Below, in pieces: positions 49,913 to 62,569 of a stretch of 64,000 bases of DNA. This stretch comes from Octopus sinensis (lineage: Eukaryota). Within the stretch, counting starts at the first letter, position 1. The number at the start of each line of letters is the position of its first letter. The notes beneath the pieces were generated by a model. It saw only the letters and a program-made list of their open reading frames with translations. It did not search any database and was not told where the DNA came from. The position numbers and the translations under genes were made by a program. The DNA is taken from positions 101,866,001 to 101,930,000 of the forward strand of contig NC_042997.1 in NCBI RefSeq assembly GCF_006345805.1, in the 5' to 3' direction.

Positions 49913-50524
49913 ATAGTGAGAGTAAAAGAGAGATACAAAGGGAGATATCATAAGAGAAGCAGGATGAATGTACATGAGTAGACATGGTAACAGGAGGAGG
50001 AGAGGGAGTAAATGGCAAAGTAGTTATGGGATGAGTTATAGAAATAAGAACATTTTCATTCCATTTTATTTTTGAAGTAATAAATATATTTTCTTTTCAC
50101 CATTTTATATTAGCTCCAAGAAATTTGGCAAAAGTTGAATTATATTTGTATGTATGCCATATTTCCTAACATTACCCATGGTTGCAATAGTATATTTCCA
50201 AAATCACAAGTTATATGATGGTTAACATTTGTGTATGCATATGTTCTGCATACATACGGTGCTCTTCTCCTTTAAAAGCCAACAGATTAAAGTTTAATAC
50301 ATATATTTCCTAATGCATTTTTCAATATATTCTTTCATTTTACTTATTTCAGTCATTGGACGAAGGACATGCTCAGGCACCATCACCAAAGCTTTCTCTA
50401 GATGATCATATCAACTACCAGTACTCATTTCAGTTTAGTACTTATATTATTAATCTGTTTTTGCCAAACTGCCAAGTTATGGGACATAAAAGGACACAAC
50501 AATTGCTTTGACAGCTCCTTAGAA

Positions 50525-50880
50525 ATAGCTGAGAGCTTGTAACACTTAGGTGACCTAATAGGTAGTGGAAGTGGGTGTTCTGAAAGCATAATAGCCAGGA
50601 CAAGATTGAGCTGAAAGAGGTTCAAGGAGCTTTTACCTCTTCTGATAACAAAAGGTTTCTGTCTCAGAGTTAAGAAAAGTACAATGTTTGTGTACAAAGG
50701 GCGATACTGCAAGGGGGTGACATGTAGGCACTGAATGTAGATTTGTGAAGTATAGAAATAAATAAAGCCAGCATGTTCGATGGGATGGATTATGTTAGTG
50801 TGCCTGAATGATGATGAGACAATCTATGTATAAAAAGAATCAGATGTAGTGTGCAAGAGAAAAGACTAATTTGGTTAGAT
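50525..50880 (+). mobile_element. Old RTE ORF C-terminal fragment (continues at about 51655-51880)
   Basis: Homologous to 26225-26580 (ttaggtgacc, aggagcttttacctct, tgtagtgtgcaagagaaaagac); the later piece gives GRRRHKTWDEMVKTDL. Confidence 0.75.
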
Positions 50881-51169
50881 GGGCATCGAATCTGGCTGCT
50901 TGTTTCCCATGTCCAACCAGGTCCATCTTAGATTTTTGTTGAGATCATTTATTTACACAAAACTTTACAGTATTTACAATGGTTACTTGCTGGAGGCTGT
51001 ATCACGGGTACCAGTAGTCATATAAATATGTTGTGTTTGGTTAAGAATTGGCTAGCTACATATTTGTGAGGTAAAAGGCAGAAAATTACATGTTCATGAT
51101 TCTTCTTAACCTCAGGTCAAGCAGCAACCAAAAATCCTGCTTTTTAAGACTTCTGTATTTATAACCACC

Positions 51170-51471
51170 AAAAGCACCGTCTGAACATGGCAGATGCCAG
51201 CGCTGCCTGACTGGAGTCTGTGTCGGTGACACATAAAAGCATCAACCGATCGTGGCCGTTTGCCAGCCTCCTCTGGCCCTTGTGCCGGTGGAACGTAAAA
51301 AGCACCCACTACACTCACGAAGTGGTTGGCGTTAGGAAGGGCATCCAGCTGTAGTAACACTGCCAGATCAGACTGAAGCCTGGTGTAGCCTCCTGGCTTC
51401 CCAGACCCCGGTCGAACCGTCCAACCCATGCTAGCATGGAAAACGGACGTTAAACAATGATGATGATGATG
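51170..51471 (+). mobile_element. 5'-truncated RTE 3' UTR
   Basis: High similarity to 27300-27604; (GAT)n tail. Confidence 0.9.
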
Positions 51472-52529
51472 TTTTGGCAGGAAAATCGTGGAAATTTTTT
51501 CTTGAAATTGTACAATGGAATTATTGTAACAGAAGTATCATTGATTGACAATTAGGCAGATGTTGCCTGATATGCTGTGACCTATCTCTTGTTACTGAGC
51601 TAATGCAGTTTCGATTCTACACCTCACTACAACTTTACTTGTACAGACATGCAGCGCATATGGAGGTTGTCGATTGTACAAACAAGTGTAGGACATTCAG
51701 AGTGGATGAAACCTGTGGCAGAAGGAGACACAAGACATGGGATGAAATGGTAAAGACTGATCTCAAGATATTGAGCCTCATGTAAGTGATAACAGGGTAC
51801 TACAAAGATTGGTGACATACAGCACTGGAAAGAATTTGTCCAGTCATGTGTGCATGGTGAAACAAATGCTGAAATATTAGCAGTGATAGAGCCTTGGAGA
51901 TATAATATATAACTACATTTGTATTTCTTGTCTAATAGATCCTTGTGGAGTCTACATCTACTGCTTGACCTGCTTCTCTATACCTTTCTTTCTATCATTC
52001 CCTCTCTCATCTTTCTAATACATGCTATCCTTTCACAGTATCACACCACTTAACGATGGATGGAACTAAATCTACCTACACTTAATCCTCACCATCATCT
52101 TATACTCAACACCCACTTTTCTACGCTAAAAGTCAACTTGCCCTTTCTCCCCCTTTCCCACCTGCACCCCACTAGCCCTTGTTGCTTTCGACCGTTTTGT
52201 TTATGAATGATACTTGTCTCGACAGTGGTTGTGTATATATGAAAATAAATTTTTTAAATTAATAAAAAGTGTTTGCTTTCTTTTTACGACGTTAAAATAA
52301 GAATTGGCAGCTGTTAAAAGGAAGATTACTGTCTCTTTCTCTCGGGGACAACTGTATAAATATTAAAAAAAAAAATAGAATTCGAGGAACCAGTAATACT
52401 TATCGTTGACCAGAAAACGTGCATAAAATTCATATAATAAGCCAAATAATTGTATAGTAGGAAGAGTCAGGTTCAGCTATTTCGCAAATAAACATTTTCT
52501 CCCCTCTACGTAGCAACAAATAATTTCAC

Positions 52530-52620
52530 AGCGCGTTACTTGATTTTAACCAATGAAATTTCTTCATTTCATTGCATCGGGGATTAAATTCGTACACCAC
52601 GTGCCGGTTCCGGTTGATCT
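52530..52620 (+). promoter_or_regulatory. Likely TIMM13 proximal promoter
   Basis: CpG-retaining unique DNA just upstream of the ATG, with CCAAT (52550), E-box CACGTG (52598-52603) and ETS-like TTCCGG (52608-52613). Motif function is inferred. Confidence 0.5.
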
Positions 52621-52678
52621 TGTTCATTTGTGTGGAAGAAATTTCTTAAGAGTTTTTATTTTCGTGCATTTTTGAACT

Positions 52679-52786
52679 ATGGATTTAGGATCTTCGTCGG
52701 CACCTTTTGACTCTAGTCAACGGGATCAACTTATGGACACAGTTAAACAACAAATAGCTCTTGCAAATGCTCAAGAAATTTTACAG
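52679..52786 (+). CDS. TIMM13: Mitochondrial import inner membrane translocase subunit Tim13, coding exon 1
   Basis: MDLGSSSAPFDSSQRDQLMDTVKQQIALANAQEILQ (Tim13 signature VKQQIA.ANAQE.LQ); donor CAG|GTACGT, phase 0. Confidence 0.96.
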
Positions 52787-53966
52787 GTACGTATATGTTG
52801 TTGCTATGAATATAAACCACAGCCTACCTCACAATAACCTTGGGAACTTTGGATTTATTCTTTATTGATTTGGTGTTTTGCTTTATCTTCTCGTATTTTT
52901 TTTGTTACAAGAATTGGAATTTTCCTGATTGCTTTGACAGGATATTACTTTACTCTGTGACCTTAGTGTCCTTTGCATCAACGTACTGTTTTCATCACGA
53001 GCCAAACAGATCTCTAGCTTCTTACTCGACTTGCTAGAAATAGCAGCCAAAATTCCTGTAGATTCATCAGCTATAACAGGATTACAGGATTCTCACGGCT
53101 TGAAAACTATTTTCGCCTAATTTTAGTTCCATGTATTTTGCCCTCATGTTTATTTCAGGCTATTTATCCGTCTATCGTTTAAACCTAATATTCGATTCAA
53201 GTGAATTCCTGATCTTGAAATATTTGTACATCTTTACGAAATATAAGCACATGCTTTAGATATGTCATCGAATTATTTCATCAGATCAATAAACGGCGAT
53301 GTTAAGGTTAACAGTTCAAATTTTATCTGTAGTCATTGTTTTGTCTACTTAACTGTGAACGATTTGATCCAGAGTGTGTTAGAAAATGCATTCAGCTCCC
53401 CCCACACCCAGTTTTGCAAATAACTAAATTTAATGACGAACACAACTCATTAATGTTATGCAAAATTGTAAATCTTTGAAGGAAAGGGTTATATCAAAGG
53501 ATTGCCAAGGAAAACCTTCAGAAGACCTTGTTAAAGTTTGTAGTTTGTCTTTCGATAACGCTTTAAGGAACGAAAGTATTTCGTAATGAAATGTCATTGA
53601 TGGGATCCATATCTGCTTCTCATACGCCTTTGCATAGTCATTCATTTTTATGTATCGAAGATCTGACCTAATTTTTCATTTCCAGTCAAGACATAAGTAA
53701 ATAAGACGATGTTAGAGCTCAGCGTCCTACATTAAACGAAACTTGTGTTACGGTGAGACGACGGCTTGAAACTGGCAACTAATGAATAGCTCCCCTGACT
53801 CTTGTTCGATGATTTCCATCATTCTTCCAGTGTATGTTTGCTTGGCCCCTAATCGTTTAGATATATAACGGACGTACATAAACACAACTTTTCGTGTGTT
53901 TTTTCATAAATGACTCAATCTATGTATACAAAAAATTCACGCACATGGTTGTAACAATGAATTCAT

Positions 53967-54545
53967 GGGGCCAATGCAGTTTCGCACCTCACCTTGAAAA
54001 ATGCATTTTTTCGGATTCCTACGTTTTAGATGTTCACGATTACGAATATGCAAAAAAAAAAAAAATTACCCCCCACCTCACTACCCTCCCCCCTTAAAAT
54101 TTTGAACTTTTTCGAATTTCCCATAAAATGGTGTATACATTATTTACATTTGACGGATATTTGTCCTCATCTTGTTTGTTGTTAACACAACGTTTCGGCT
54201 GTAAAGAATGTACATAATTCCTCGTCTCTTAAATATCGAACAGAAATGGTGTATATTTAATTTACATTAAATTATTATTTACGATTATTTTAGGCAAACA
54301 AGTAAAACACTAATTCTTTTCACTTTAATCATTTTGTCTGTATTTAATTTGTTGCATATGTTCGGCAGTTCGCTGCGATCTCTTTAAAGGAAAACAAAAT
54401 CAAAAATTTAAATGGGTGGAGGAAGGGGGTGAAATAATTTTTTTTGCATATTCGTAATCTCCCATATCTAAAACGTAGGAATCCGAAAAAGGTTTTTCGA
54501 AAAAAATGCATTTTTGAAGGAGAGGTGCGAAACTGCATTAGCCCC
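53967..54545. mobile_element. MITE with long TIRs and 8-bp TSD (Merlin-like) in TIMM13 intron 1
   Basis: ggggccaatgcagtttcgcacctc / gaggtgcgaaactgcattagcccc; TSD gaattcat on both sides; related partial copy at about 42225-42460. Confidence 0.88.
54138..54243. mobile_element. Short copy of the 15344-15827 family (inverted 3' piece + terminal tail)
   Basis: Near-identical to 15344-15403, then to 15792-15826; TSD aaatggtgtata at 54126-54137 and 54244-54255. Confidence 0.85.
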
Positions 54546-55552
54546 GAATTCATTTGATGCCTATACATGTTAGGTATATTTTATTACTGTTCTCTCTTCA
54601 AGTAGGGGTGGAAAAGTAATCCTGATATTTGTCATATAAAGTGATTGGAGTGTGCAAATTGTATAAGCACATCGATTTTAGGTTATTTGCAGATTTGAAT
54701 GTAATTCAAAAACTATAACTGTTGGTGACACTGTAATCATGTGGACATAATCTATTTTCTCCCGAACTTCAAAGTCTATTAATTGTATGGATTTGTTATA
54801 GAACAAATCTTTGCCATTGTCAACTGGCTATCATAACAGTTTATGCACTTTTCCACTTGATATAACTAACTGTAATTTCAGTTGGTTTAATATTTCATTA
54901 TTGTATTTCCAAAGAAATACACTCCTGTATTTCAGTTATTTTGAAAATAATCTGGAATTCGGATTTATTTGTCCATCTTGCTTTAATTCATCATTTTAGT
55001 TATATGATCTTTAAAAACTAACTCTCACACTGAATGTATGTGTATCCTCAACATGAAGTAATAACTAAGGCTATAACTTCTTAAACTTAAATGTTTTATT
55101 GATTTGTGTATATTTTGTAATAATTTCCTCCCTTTTCTCATTCTGAAAATCAGATTTAGTAAAGTGAGATCAAAATGTTTCTTCTGTCAGTGTTAGAAGT
55201 GAATCAGATTAATAATCAACTCTGGCTGAAAACATTTGTTGTTGATATATTGAATTCAAATTCCACCAAAGTTAACTTTAGCTTTTGTCCTTTCAAGGTT
55301 GGTACTGGTGTCAATATAGCCAAATATACCTGCTGTTAAAGTTAGCAGCTTTGTGTAAGTTAAAGATAGTGGATTGGCAAACTGTATAAAGCACAGGATA
55401 AAATATCTTGGAGTGTTTGGTTGTCTCTTCACATTTAGTGTTCAAATTCTGTTGGAGTTTACTTTGCATTTCATTTTTCTAGGTATACAAAGGAAGCACT
55501 AATTATATAGTAGGGTTGGTTTAATCTACTGCTACCAAATCCTAAAGGATTT

Positions 55553-55790
55553 GGAGTGGCTTAGTGGGAAGGGTGTTGGACTCATGATTGTAAGATTGTG
55601 GTTTTGATTCCCCGACTGGGTGACATGTCGTATTCTCGAGCAATACACTTCATTTCACATTGCTCCAGTCCACTCAGCTGGCAAAAATGGGTGATCCTGC
55701 AACAGATGAGTGTTCCGTCCAGGTGGGGAATATATACGCCATGAAACTTGAAAACTGGCCCTTAGACTTAAGAAAGTAACTTTACCTAAA
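55553..55790 (+). mobile_element. tRNA/CORE-type SINE, second family
   Basis: A box gtggcttagtgg, B-box-like ggttttgattccc, core gagcaatacacttcatttcacattgctccagtccactcagctg. Confidence 0.75.
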
Positions 55791-55849
55791 ATCTTAAATT
55801 TCTGGTTGTGGTGACAACGTTAGTGCATGCTAATTTAGTATGTATTTTA

Positions 55850-57410
55850 TCTTGATTTTTGGCAACAAGTCTCCTCAATTCTCAAGAATCTTTCTTAGGA
55901 TTCTTGCAGAATATAGGATGGTACTTTTCTGCATGTTGACAATGCGAGATTCAATTCCAATCTCTTAGTCTTTTAGGTAGCATTTTGGGTGTTGCACCAA
56001 GTGCACTGATTTCTACAGGAATAATTGTTGTCTTGGTCTTCCACAATCTCTTCAGTTCTCTGACTAGATCTTGATATTTCTCTATTTTTTCTTTAGTATC
56101 AACTCTGCTATCATAGGGAATTGCAAAATCTATAATCTTACAAGGTTCATAGGCTGACTATGAAAGAGTGATGCTTGAGCTGTTGAATTTCGCATGAATT
56201 AATTTCAGCCCTTCTCATTAATAGTTGGATTGTTTCTTTTCAGGTAAAAAGTAACTAGTGACTTCTCTTGAAAATGGACAAAATTTGGCATTGTGGTGTT
56301 ATCAAGTACCAAGAGAAAAAGGGTTTAGCCCCCAAGGACATTCATACTGACATGGTTGTTACATTAAGGGATGACGCTCCAGCTTCATTAACAGTGCAAA
56401 AGTGGGTAACTGATTTTAGGAGACGAAGGCAGAATCTTGAAGATGACCCAATGTGTGAATGTCCTACAACTGCCACCACCAAAGAAAACATTAATCAAGT
56501 TCACCACATGCTGATGAATGACAGGTGATTGACTATATGCTAATAGCCAATGTTGTTAGCATATCCTGTGAGAGAGTTGAGAATCTCTGCACAATGAACT
56601 TGGCATGATACAGGTTTCAGCTCAGTGCCACACCTGACACCTGATCAAAAGTGCACCAGGCTGATCACCTCATGGGAAAATCTGACATTGTTTGAGGTAG
56701 ATCCAGATGGTATCCTTGAACATTTCTTAATCCAGGATGAGTGTTGGCTTCATCACTTGAGCCAGGGACAAAGAGACAGACCATACAGTGGAAAATCCCC
56801 TTCTCCAAAGAAAGCCGAGCTCGTTTTATCTGCAAGGAAGGTGATGGCCTCAGTTTTTTGGGATGCAAAAGGCATCGTGTTTATTGACTATTTTCAAAAG
56901 GGCCACACTGTCAGTGGAGAGTACTATGCCAACTTGCTGAGGTGGTTACAAAACATTGTCAAGACGAAATACCCAGGAAAACTGATGAAAGGTGTCTTGT
57001 TTCATGAGGACAATGCTCTAGAACACAGTCCAGTCCTTGGTTTCAATGGCTGCTGTGCATAACTGTGGCTTTGAACTGGTTAATCAGCTTCCCTATTCAC
57101 CTTCTGTTTCCCAACACAAGAAAACACTTGGCTGGGAACTAGTATTGCAGAAGTCAGATGTCATTTTAACTGGAATGAAACAATGCAGTTATTAATAAGA
57201 ATGGTTGAAATCAATGCATGCAAGATTTCACAGCTCTTGCATCACTCCTATGAACTTTTCAGCTCAAGCTCAGACACTGTTTATTTTGTCCTCTGTAATA
57301 ATGCCTGGTCTTCTTGCTTCAAAAATATGGTCAGTCTTTAGTGGAAAGTCCCACAAGATCTTGTAATTCACATTTTCTATCACAGCCTCTGATTCATGTT
57401 CATCATCATC
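55850..57410 (-). mobile_element. R4/Dong-clade non-LTR retrotransposon 3' fragment (restriction-like endonuclease), split by a mariner
   Basis: Minus-strand peptides ENVNYKILWDFPLKTDHIFEARRP (about 57305-57380) and IIDFAIPYDSRVDTKEKIEKYQDLVRELKRLWKTKTTIIPVEISALG (about 55995-56136). Confidence 0.8.
56141..57270 (+). mobile_element. Decayed mariner transposon in TIMM13 intron 1
   Basis: Peptides DIHTDMVVTL, TVQKWVTDFRR, QDECWLHH, KVMASVFWDAKGIVFIDY, LFHEDNA, PYSP; degenerate TIR gttcatagg / cctatgaacttttcagc. Confidence 0.9.
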
Positions 57411-57522
57411 ACGTACTGATGTCATGACTTGATTTTGGTTATTGTTTGTAATCAGTTTACATTCTTTGTTGCCATGAAAGTTACAAATCTAATGCGAAAT
57501 TATGTATTTATTTTTTTTGTAG

Positions 57523-57591
57523 AGAATGTCAGAGAAATGTTTCAAGAAATGTATAGTGAAACCTGGTTCTTCTCTAGATAATTCTGAGCAG
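57523..57591 (+). CDS. TIMM13: Tim13 coding exon 2
   Basis: Acceptor ttttttttgtag|, RMSEKCFKKCIVKPGSSLDNSEQ (first CX3C), donor CAG|GTAAGT, phase 0. Confidence 0.97.
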
Positions 57592-58400
57592 GTAAGTTCA
57601 ATTGTTATAGAGAATACAATATTTGTGCAAAGAGAAAAAAATATAATTTTTTTCATATCTTATAATAATTCTGCTTGTCATTCTGTTACTTAGCCCGTTG
57701 GTAATGCTTCCACATGATTAGGGAAAAAGAGGGAGTTAGTGGGGATGTAATTGTAATGGTTTCTTGTGATTAGTTGAAGGGAAAGATAGGAGAAAGAAAA
57801 AGGAGAGAGAAAAAGAGGATAAAGCAAAGAGGGAGAGAGAAGCATCCATGATGTGAGGTAGGGAGAACGTAATATTTATTATGTGGTTAAAGAGTTAAAA
57901 ATATAATTTTAGCAGAGGGGTAAGGTTTTGATGGTGAGATTAAAGAAAGGTGTGGTGTTGATTGGATAGTGAAAAGTGTATTTTTTTCTTAATTGAATTA
58001 AGTCTTTTATATCATCTATCTCTTAACACATGCACATAAGTGCAATTCCATGAAATATTCATGCTTATTTATGTGGTAGTTATATGCAATTTAATATAAT
58101 GGTTGCATCATATGTATGGGATATTTTTTTTGTTTATAGGAAAAGTAAGAGTGAATATTTATTTTATGAGTACTGTGTATTAAGCCTATAAAACTGTACA
58201 TAAAAAGTATATAAATTGTATATAGAAAGTACATTAAGTAATCATCGTATTCCAATATTTTCATTTTTCAATGAGTAGCAGATGAGCAACTATCTTCCCA
58301 TACAGGCACAACATAGGCTACACTTTGAGTTTTTTTTTCTTCAGAAATAACCCAGTAGATTTACAATTAATTCCGTGAAATATTTAAGAGTTAATCTTAA

Positions 58401-59486
58401 CCCTTTCGTTACTATATTTCTGACCAAATTACACCCCTTATGTGTTTCAATTAATTTCTAACGTAATCATAAATTTAGTCTGGTTTCATTAAATAACTAT
58501 AACTTTTTTATTTATCGATATATTAATCTGATTTTTGGAAGATAATTTAATGAAATATTCTCAACCAATTCTATACTATAATTTTTGTCACAAAGTGACT
58601 CTAATTACAGGTAGATACAGGTAAATTCAACAAAATATAAAATTATTAAAATTTTGTTCAAACATCGCTATAGAAAATGGGTTATTAGCTAATATTCAAT
58701 TGGGTATACAACAAAATTTTATGATAGAATTTGTTATTCTGGGTAACTTTCTGATACCCATAATAATATTTATGGCAAAATAGTCTTAATTTCATTTAAG
58801 GTTGTGGGAAACCACAAACTATCCTTTCTTTCGCTTTGTTTACATTTAGCGTAACGGTTTGTTTTCGCCGTAATGATTTCAAATGGGCTCATTCGAAAAA
58901 GTAAATAGAAATAGTCTAAGGCTTTACTCTCCTGGGAAAGTCTGTGGCTTGGTCCAGTTTCTTCAGAAAAATCACTGAAAGAAACAGTTTTTAAATTTTC
59001 ACTCCATTCAGGTGCCAATTCGTTTTCTTTATCGCTGTCGGAGCTCTCAAATTCACTGTTTTCACTTTCGGAAAATGAAACATCAGATTCATTATCAAAT
59101 ACCATGTGCTTTTTTTTTTCAGTCATAGAGTTAGATTTATGAAGGTCTTCAGTAGAAAATCCTTCGAATTCTGACTCGCTGCTTGATATAATGAAATTCG
59201 TATCCACTTTTTGTCAGAATTACAAATTTTGAAAACACAATAGGAACAAATTTCGGAAAAAAATCTCCCAAAATTCACGGAATTAAAATTACACTTCGAT
59301 TATTGTACAAAACTGTAGTTGAACTGTTTACTAAGTATAATACGTGTTTTCACGAATGTACTGAAGAGATTTGCTCTGATATTCTCATTTAAATATGAAT
59401 AGGTAAATTCGGGCAGCTTTGGGCGGTTTGGTCTCATAAACCAAAATTTTTTTCGGGCGGCTTTGGGCGGTTTGGTAACGAAAGGG
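58401..59486 (-). mobile_element. piggyBac internal-deletion derivative in TIMM13 intron 2
   Basis: TTAA|ccctttcgttac ... gtaacgaaaggg|TTAA; subterminal direct repeats gg..gctttgggcggtttggt; retains the transposase N-terminus at 58770-59207 (acidic tract, GP, LDYFYLLF, TNRYA, WFPTTLNEI). Confidence 0.93.
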
Positions 59487-61115
59487 TTAAAGTGTTCATC
59501 ACTCATCTCATCTTCTACTAGTCTCTCTCTGTCCACTCCCTGCATTGTATAACAGTAAATTTCTGCTATTCATTGTACCCTGCAGTTTGTGCAAGAATGT
59601 CTTTGGATCTATCCTTTCATCTTTCTGACACTCACCTACTCTCCTCTCAACAGGTTATACTGCTTATGTAATGAGGGATTGAATTGTCTCTACCTGTACT
59701 CAAGCCCCCTACCTCCACCAGTCTCTCTGTACTAGCAGTCAACATTGCATCTTTCCTCCAGTCACCCCTCGTCCCTTAAACTCTATCTCAGCCATCACAC
59801 ACTTGTTCCCTTCATTCACATATCCTTCTTTCTGTCATCACTCTTGGTCAATTAACCAAATGGTCACAGCATGATGCAGTGAGGACCATTTAGTCTTACA
59901 GAGCAAAAGGCAACCCCACAGTTGCAGTACCTTGATAAAATACATTCAGTACACTTTGTAAAGTGGTTATTAAGTAGAAGCAACATAAGTTTGAAAGGAC
60001 TCTTTAGCTTTGTCAGAGACATGAGAAACTCTCTAATGTTGGTGTTACAATAAAATGCACCTAGTACAATCTGTAAATTAGTTTGGTGATAGGATGGGCA
60101 TCCAGCCATAGAAATCAAACCAAAATTAAAATGTATGTGCGAGATGTCTAAGAGGGCAGTAACTCTCAATAAAAACTAAGTTGGACTGATGATCCATCTA
60201 ACCTTTAAAATGATAATGTTAAATTGTTGGGTACTCTGTCAGGTTTAGGTTGAAATGCTTAAATTTGCAAAACTACTAGTCACAGGCATTTTCATATGGG
60301 TAAGGAATTCACTTTTTGCAACTATGTAGTTTAAGGTTTGTTGTTGCTGTGTAACACTGGGCAGTTGCCTTCTGTTATAACTTCAGGTTGATTAGGATCT
60401 CATGAATGAAATTGGGATTTGGAAATTGTACTGAAGCTTGTGTGTTTTTGTGTTTGTATCCACCTATTGCCTTTATTTTATAAACATACTACATAAAAAC
60501 ATTGTCACCATGTATACATTGTCATTCAAACTGTATCTTGGAAAAATTTCCTCTATAAGTCATTTCTAACCCATGCTAACATGGTAGAAGTGAGTGTGAA
60601 AATGAGGATGATGACTCCACCTATGTTGACACAACCTACAAGCTTTTCTGCTTAACAAATTGTTGCAGAGCCTTTTGGCTAATGAGTTTCTACCAACTTT
60701 GCAGAATAATCCTGCTCACCATTTCACAGGCCTACTGACACTCTTGTAGGTAAAGGAGGCCTCCATATTTGACAATCTCTCCTCTTCCATCTGTACATGT
60801 CACACTTTCAACACATAGCTCTTCTTCAGACTTCACTATCCACACCTATAATCTCACTCCCACATAGACACAACTGTTATTTTGCCTGGAAAATAAAGAT
60901 GATGACAATGATGTCTATATTATACACCTAGTGAGTAGGCTTTTAAGAGGTGTTGAGAGTTTAGAGCTTAATGTATTATTTTGATAGACTATGTCTTAGT
61001 TTTTAATTACCAGTATCTTAAAATTAGTTGATGTCATGTTTGTTTTGGATACTACTAAACTAAAATAAACTGTATTTTTCAGTAACTCATTTCATTTTTA
61101 ATTTGTATTTTACAG

Positions 61116-61214
61116 AAATGCATAGCTATGTGTATGGATCGCTACATGGATTCTTGGAACTTAGTTTCCCGAGTATACAGCAGCCGTCTAAGTAAAGAAC
61201 GAGCAAAAATGTAA
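61116..61214 (+). CDS. TIMM13: Tim13 coding exon 3
   Basis: Acceptor tattttacag|, [32 protein letters not shown] (second CX3C, CMDRYM..WN.VS signature); spliced product is 91 aa. Confidence 0.97.
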   Translation, partial: KCIAMCMDRYMDSWNLVSRVYSSRLSKERAKM

Positions 61215-61520
61215 ATGTGGGTTCCAATATTCATGCTGCATTGGATTTATTCAGGATTGTAGATCATGTACCCTTTGTACTGACCTGTTTTGAATTTTCA
61301 ATAGTAATACTGAACAAACTTTGGAGTTCTCTGCAGCTCTTTCTTGTAGCAATGATGTTATATATATCAACTATGGGAGATATAGATAACGACTTGATTC
61401 ATTTTTATTTTTTGTCTTTCTTTATCACCCATGTGGGAAAATATTCATTGAAACAGTTCATTTCTGTTTTATTTATTTGAAAACAAAAAAATAGAAATTT
61501 AAAAATTGTATAATCAAAAT

Positions 61521-61572
61521 AATAAAAAAACATGCATAGTGCAATTTTGTTGACAAATAAGTTTTTAATAAA
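61521..61572 (+). terminator. Candidate TIMM13 polyadenylation signals
   Basis: AATAAA at 61521 and 61567 followed by T/GT-rich sequence, about 300-350 nt after the stop. Confidence 0.45.
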
Positions 61573-62569
61573 AAAAAAAATATTGTATTTTGAATTGTTT
61601 TTCCTTTAATTCAGTAATTGTCTTGTTTATATTTCACCATTTGCTTTCATTGAATAAATCATCATCATTGCCACAGTCATCACTTAAAGCCTGGTATGGT
61701 TTGGTTGGTTTAACAGTCTAATGTATTAGAGCACATGCCATGCCAAATATCTACATTATCATGGTTTCTATGGCTGGATGTCCTTCCTAATTTCAACCAC
61801 TTTACAGAGAGTACTGAATGCTTTTTACATAGCATCAACACTAGTGATGATTACCTTGTAACTTAAGTTGGTCTGATAGATAAAGTGATGGAGAACAGAA
61901 GAGAGTGGATAATGATCCTAGGTGGAGAGATGAGGGATGACAAGTAGGAGGGTATGGCAGAGAATGGGAGAGGCAAAGGATTTGCGTCAGGGTTGAGAAA
62001 AATGAAAGGACAAACTTGAAAATGTGATTGAATAAATCGTGTGAAATAATCTGACAGAGGTGTTATACTATTTTACTTAAACAATCTTGCTGAAATTTTA
62101 GAACATGTTTGGAAGTTTAGAAACTTCAACAAAATGTGCATATTCAATAAGAAAATTTTTCTCATGATAGTTTCCATGAAATGTAGAATTGGTTTTTCAG
62201 TTAATATTTCTGTTTTAATGCAAAATTTATATATTTGCTAAGTTTAAAAATACCTGTTGAATATGAGAAGCCTCTATGCTTGTGGTTCTCAAACAATGTA
62301 CTGCAGAATACTAGTGTGTTGCAAAGGGTATTTAGGTAACTCTTGGAAAATATATAATTCCTGATTTTGTTATAAACAATTAATAAAAACCAGGGAAGAA
62401 GTAATTTTCTATATATTTAAAGAAAAAAAAAAGATTTTAAACTTTCTAGGTGAAGTGCACCATCAAATTTTTTACTTATCATAATAAAAGGACACATTAG
62501 ACAACGTAAGGCTGGAACATCTGTGATCAGGGGTCTGTTTTGTCTGAGATGACCTGAGGCTAAACAACA

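Noticed and set aside
58770-59207. piggyBac exon-trap fusion with TIMM13 (CSB-PGBD3 style)
   Set aside because: The element is antisense to TIMM13, lacks the catalytic core, and its ORF opens with GTG.
61217-61480. 87-aa hydrophobic ORF directly after the TIMM13 stop
   Set aside because: GTG start in a T-rich 3' UTR; composition explains the hydrophobicity and no homology was recognised.
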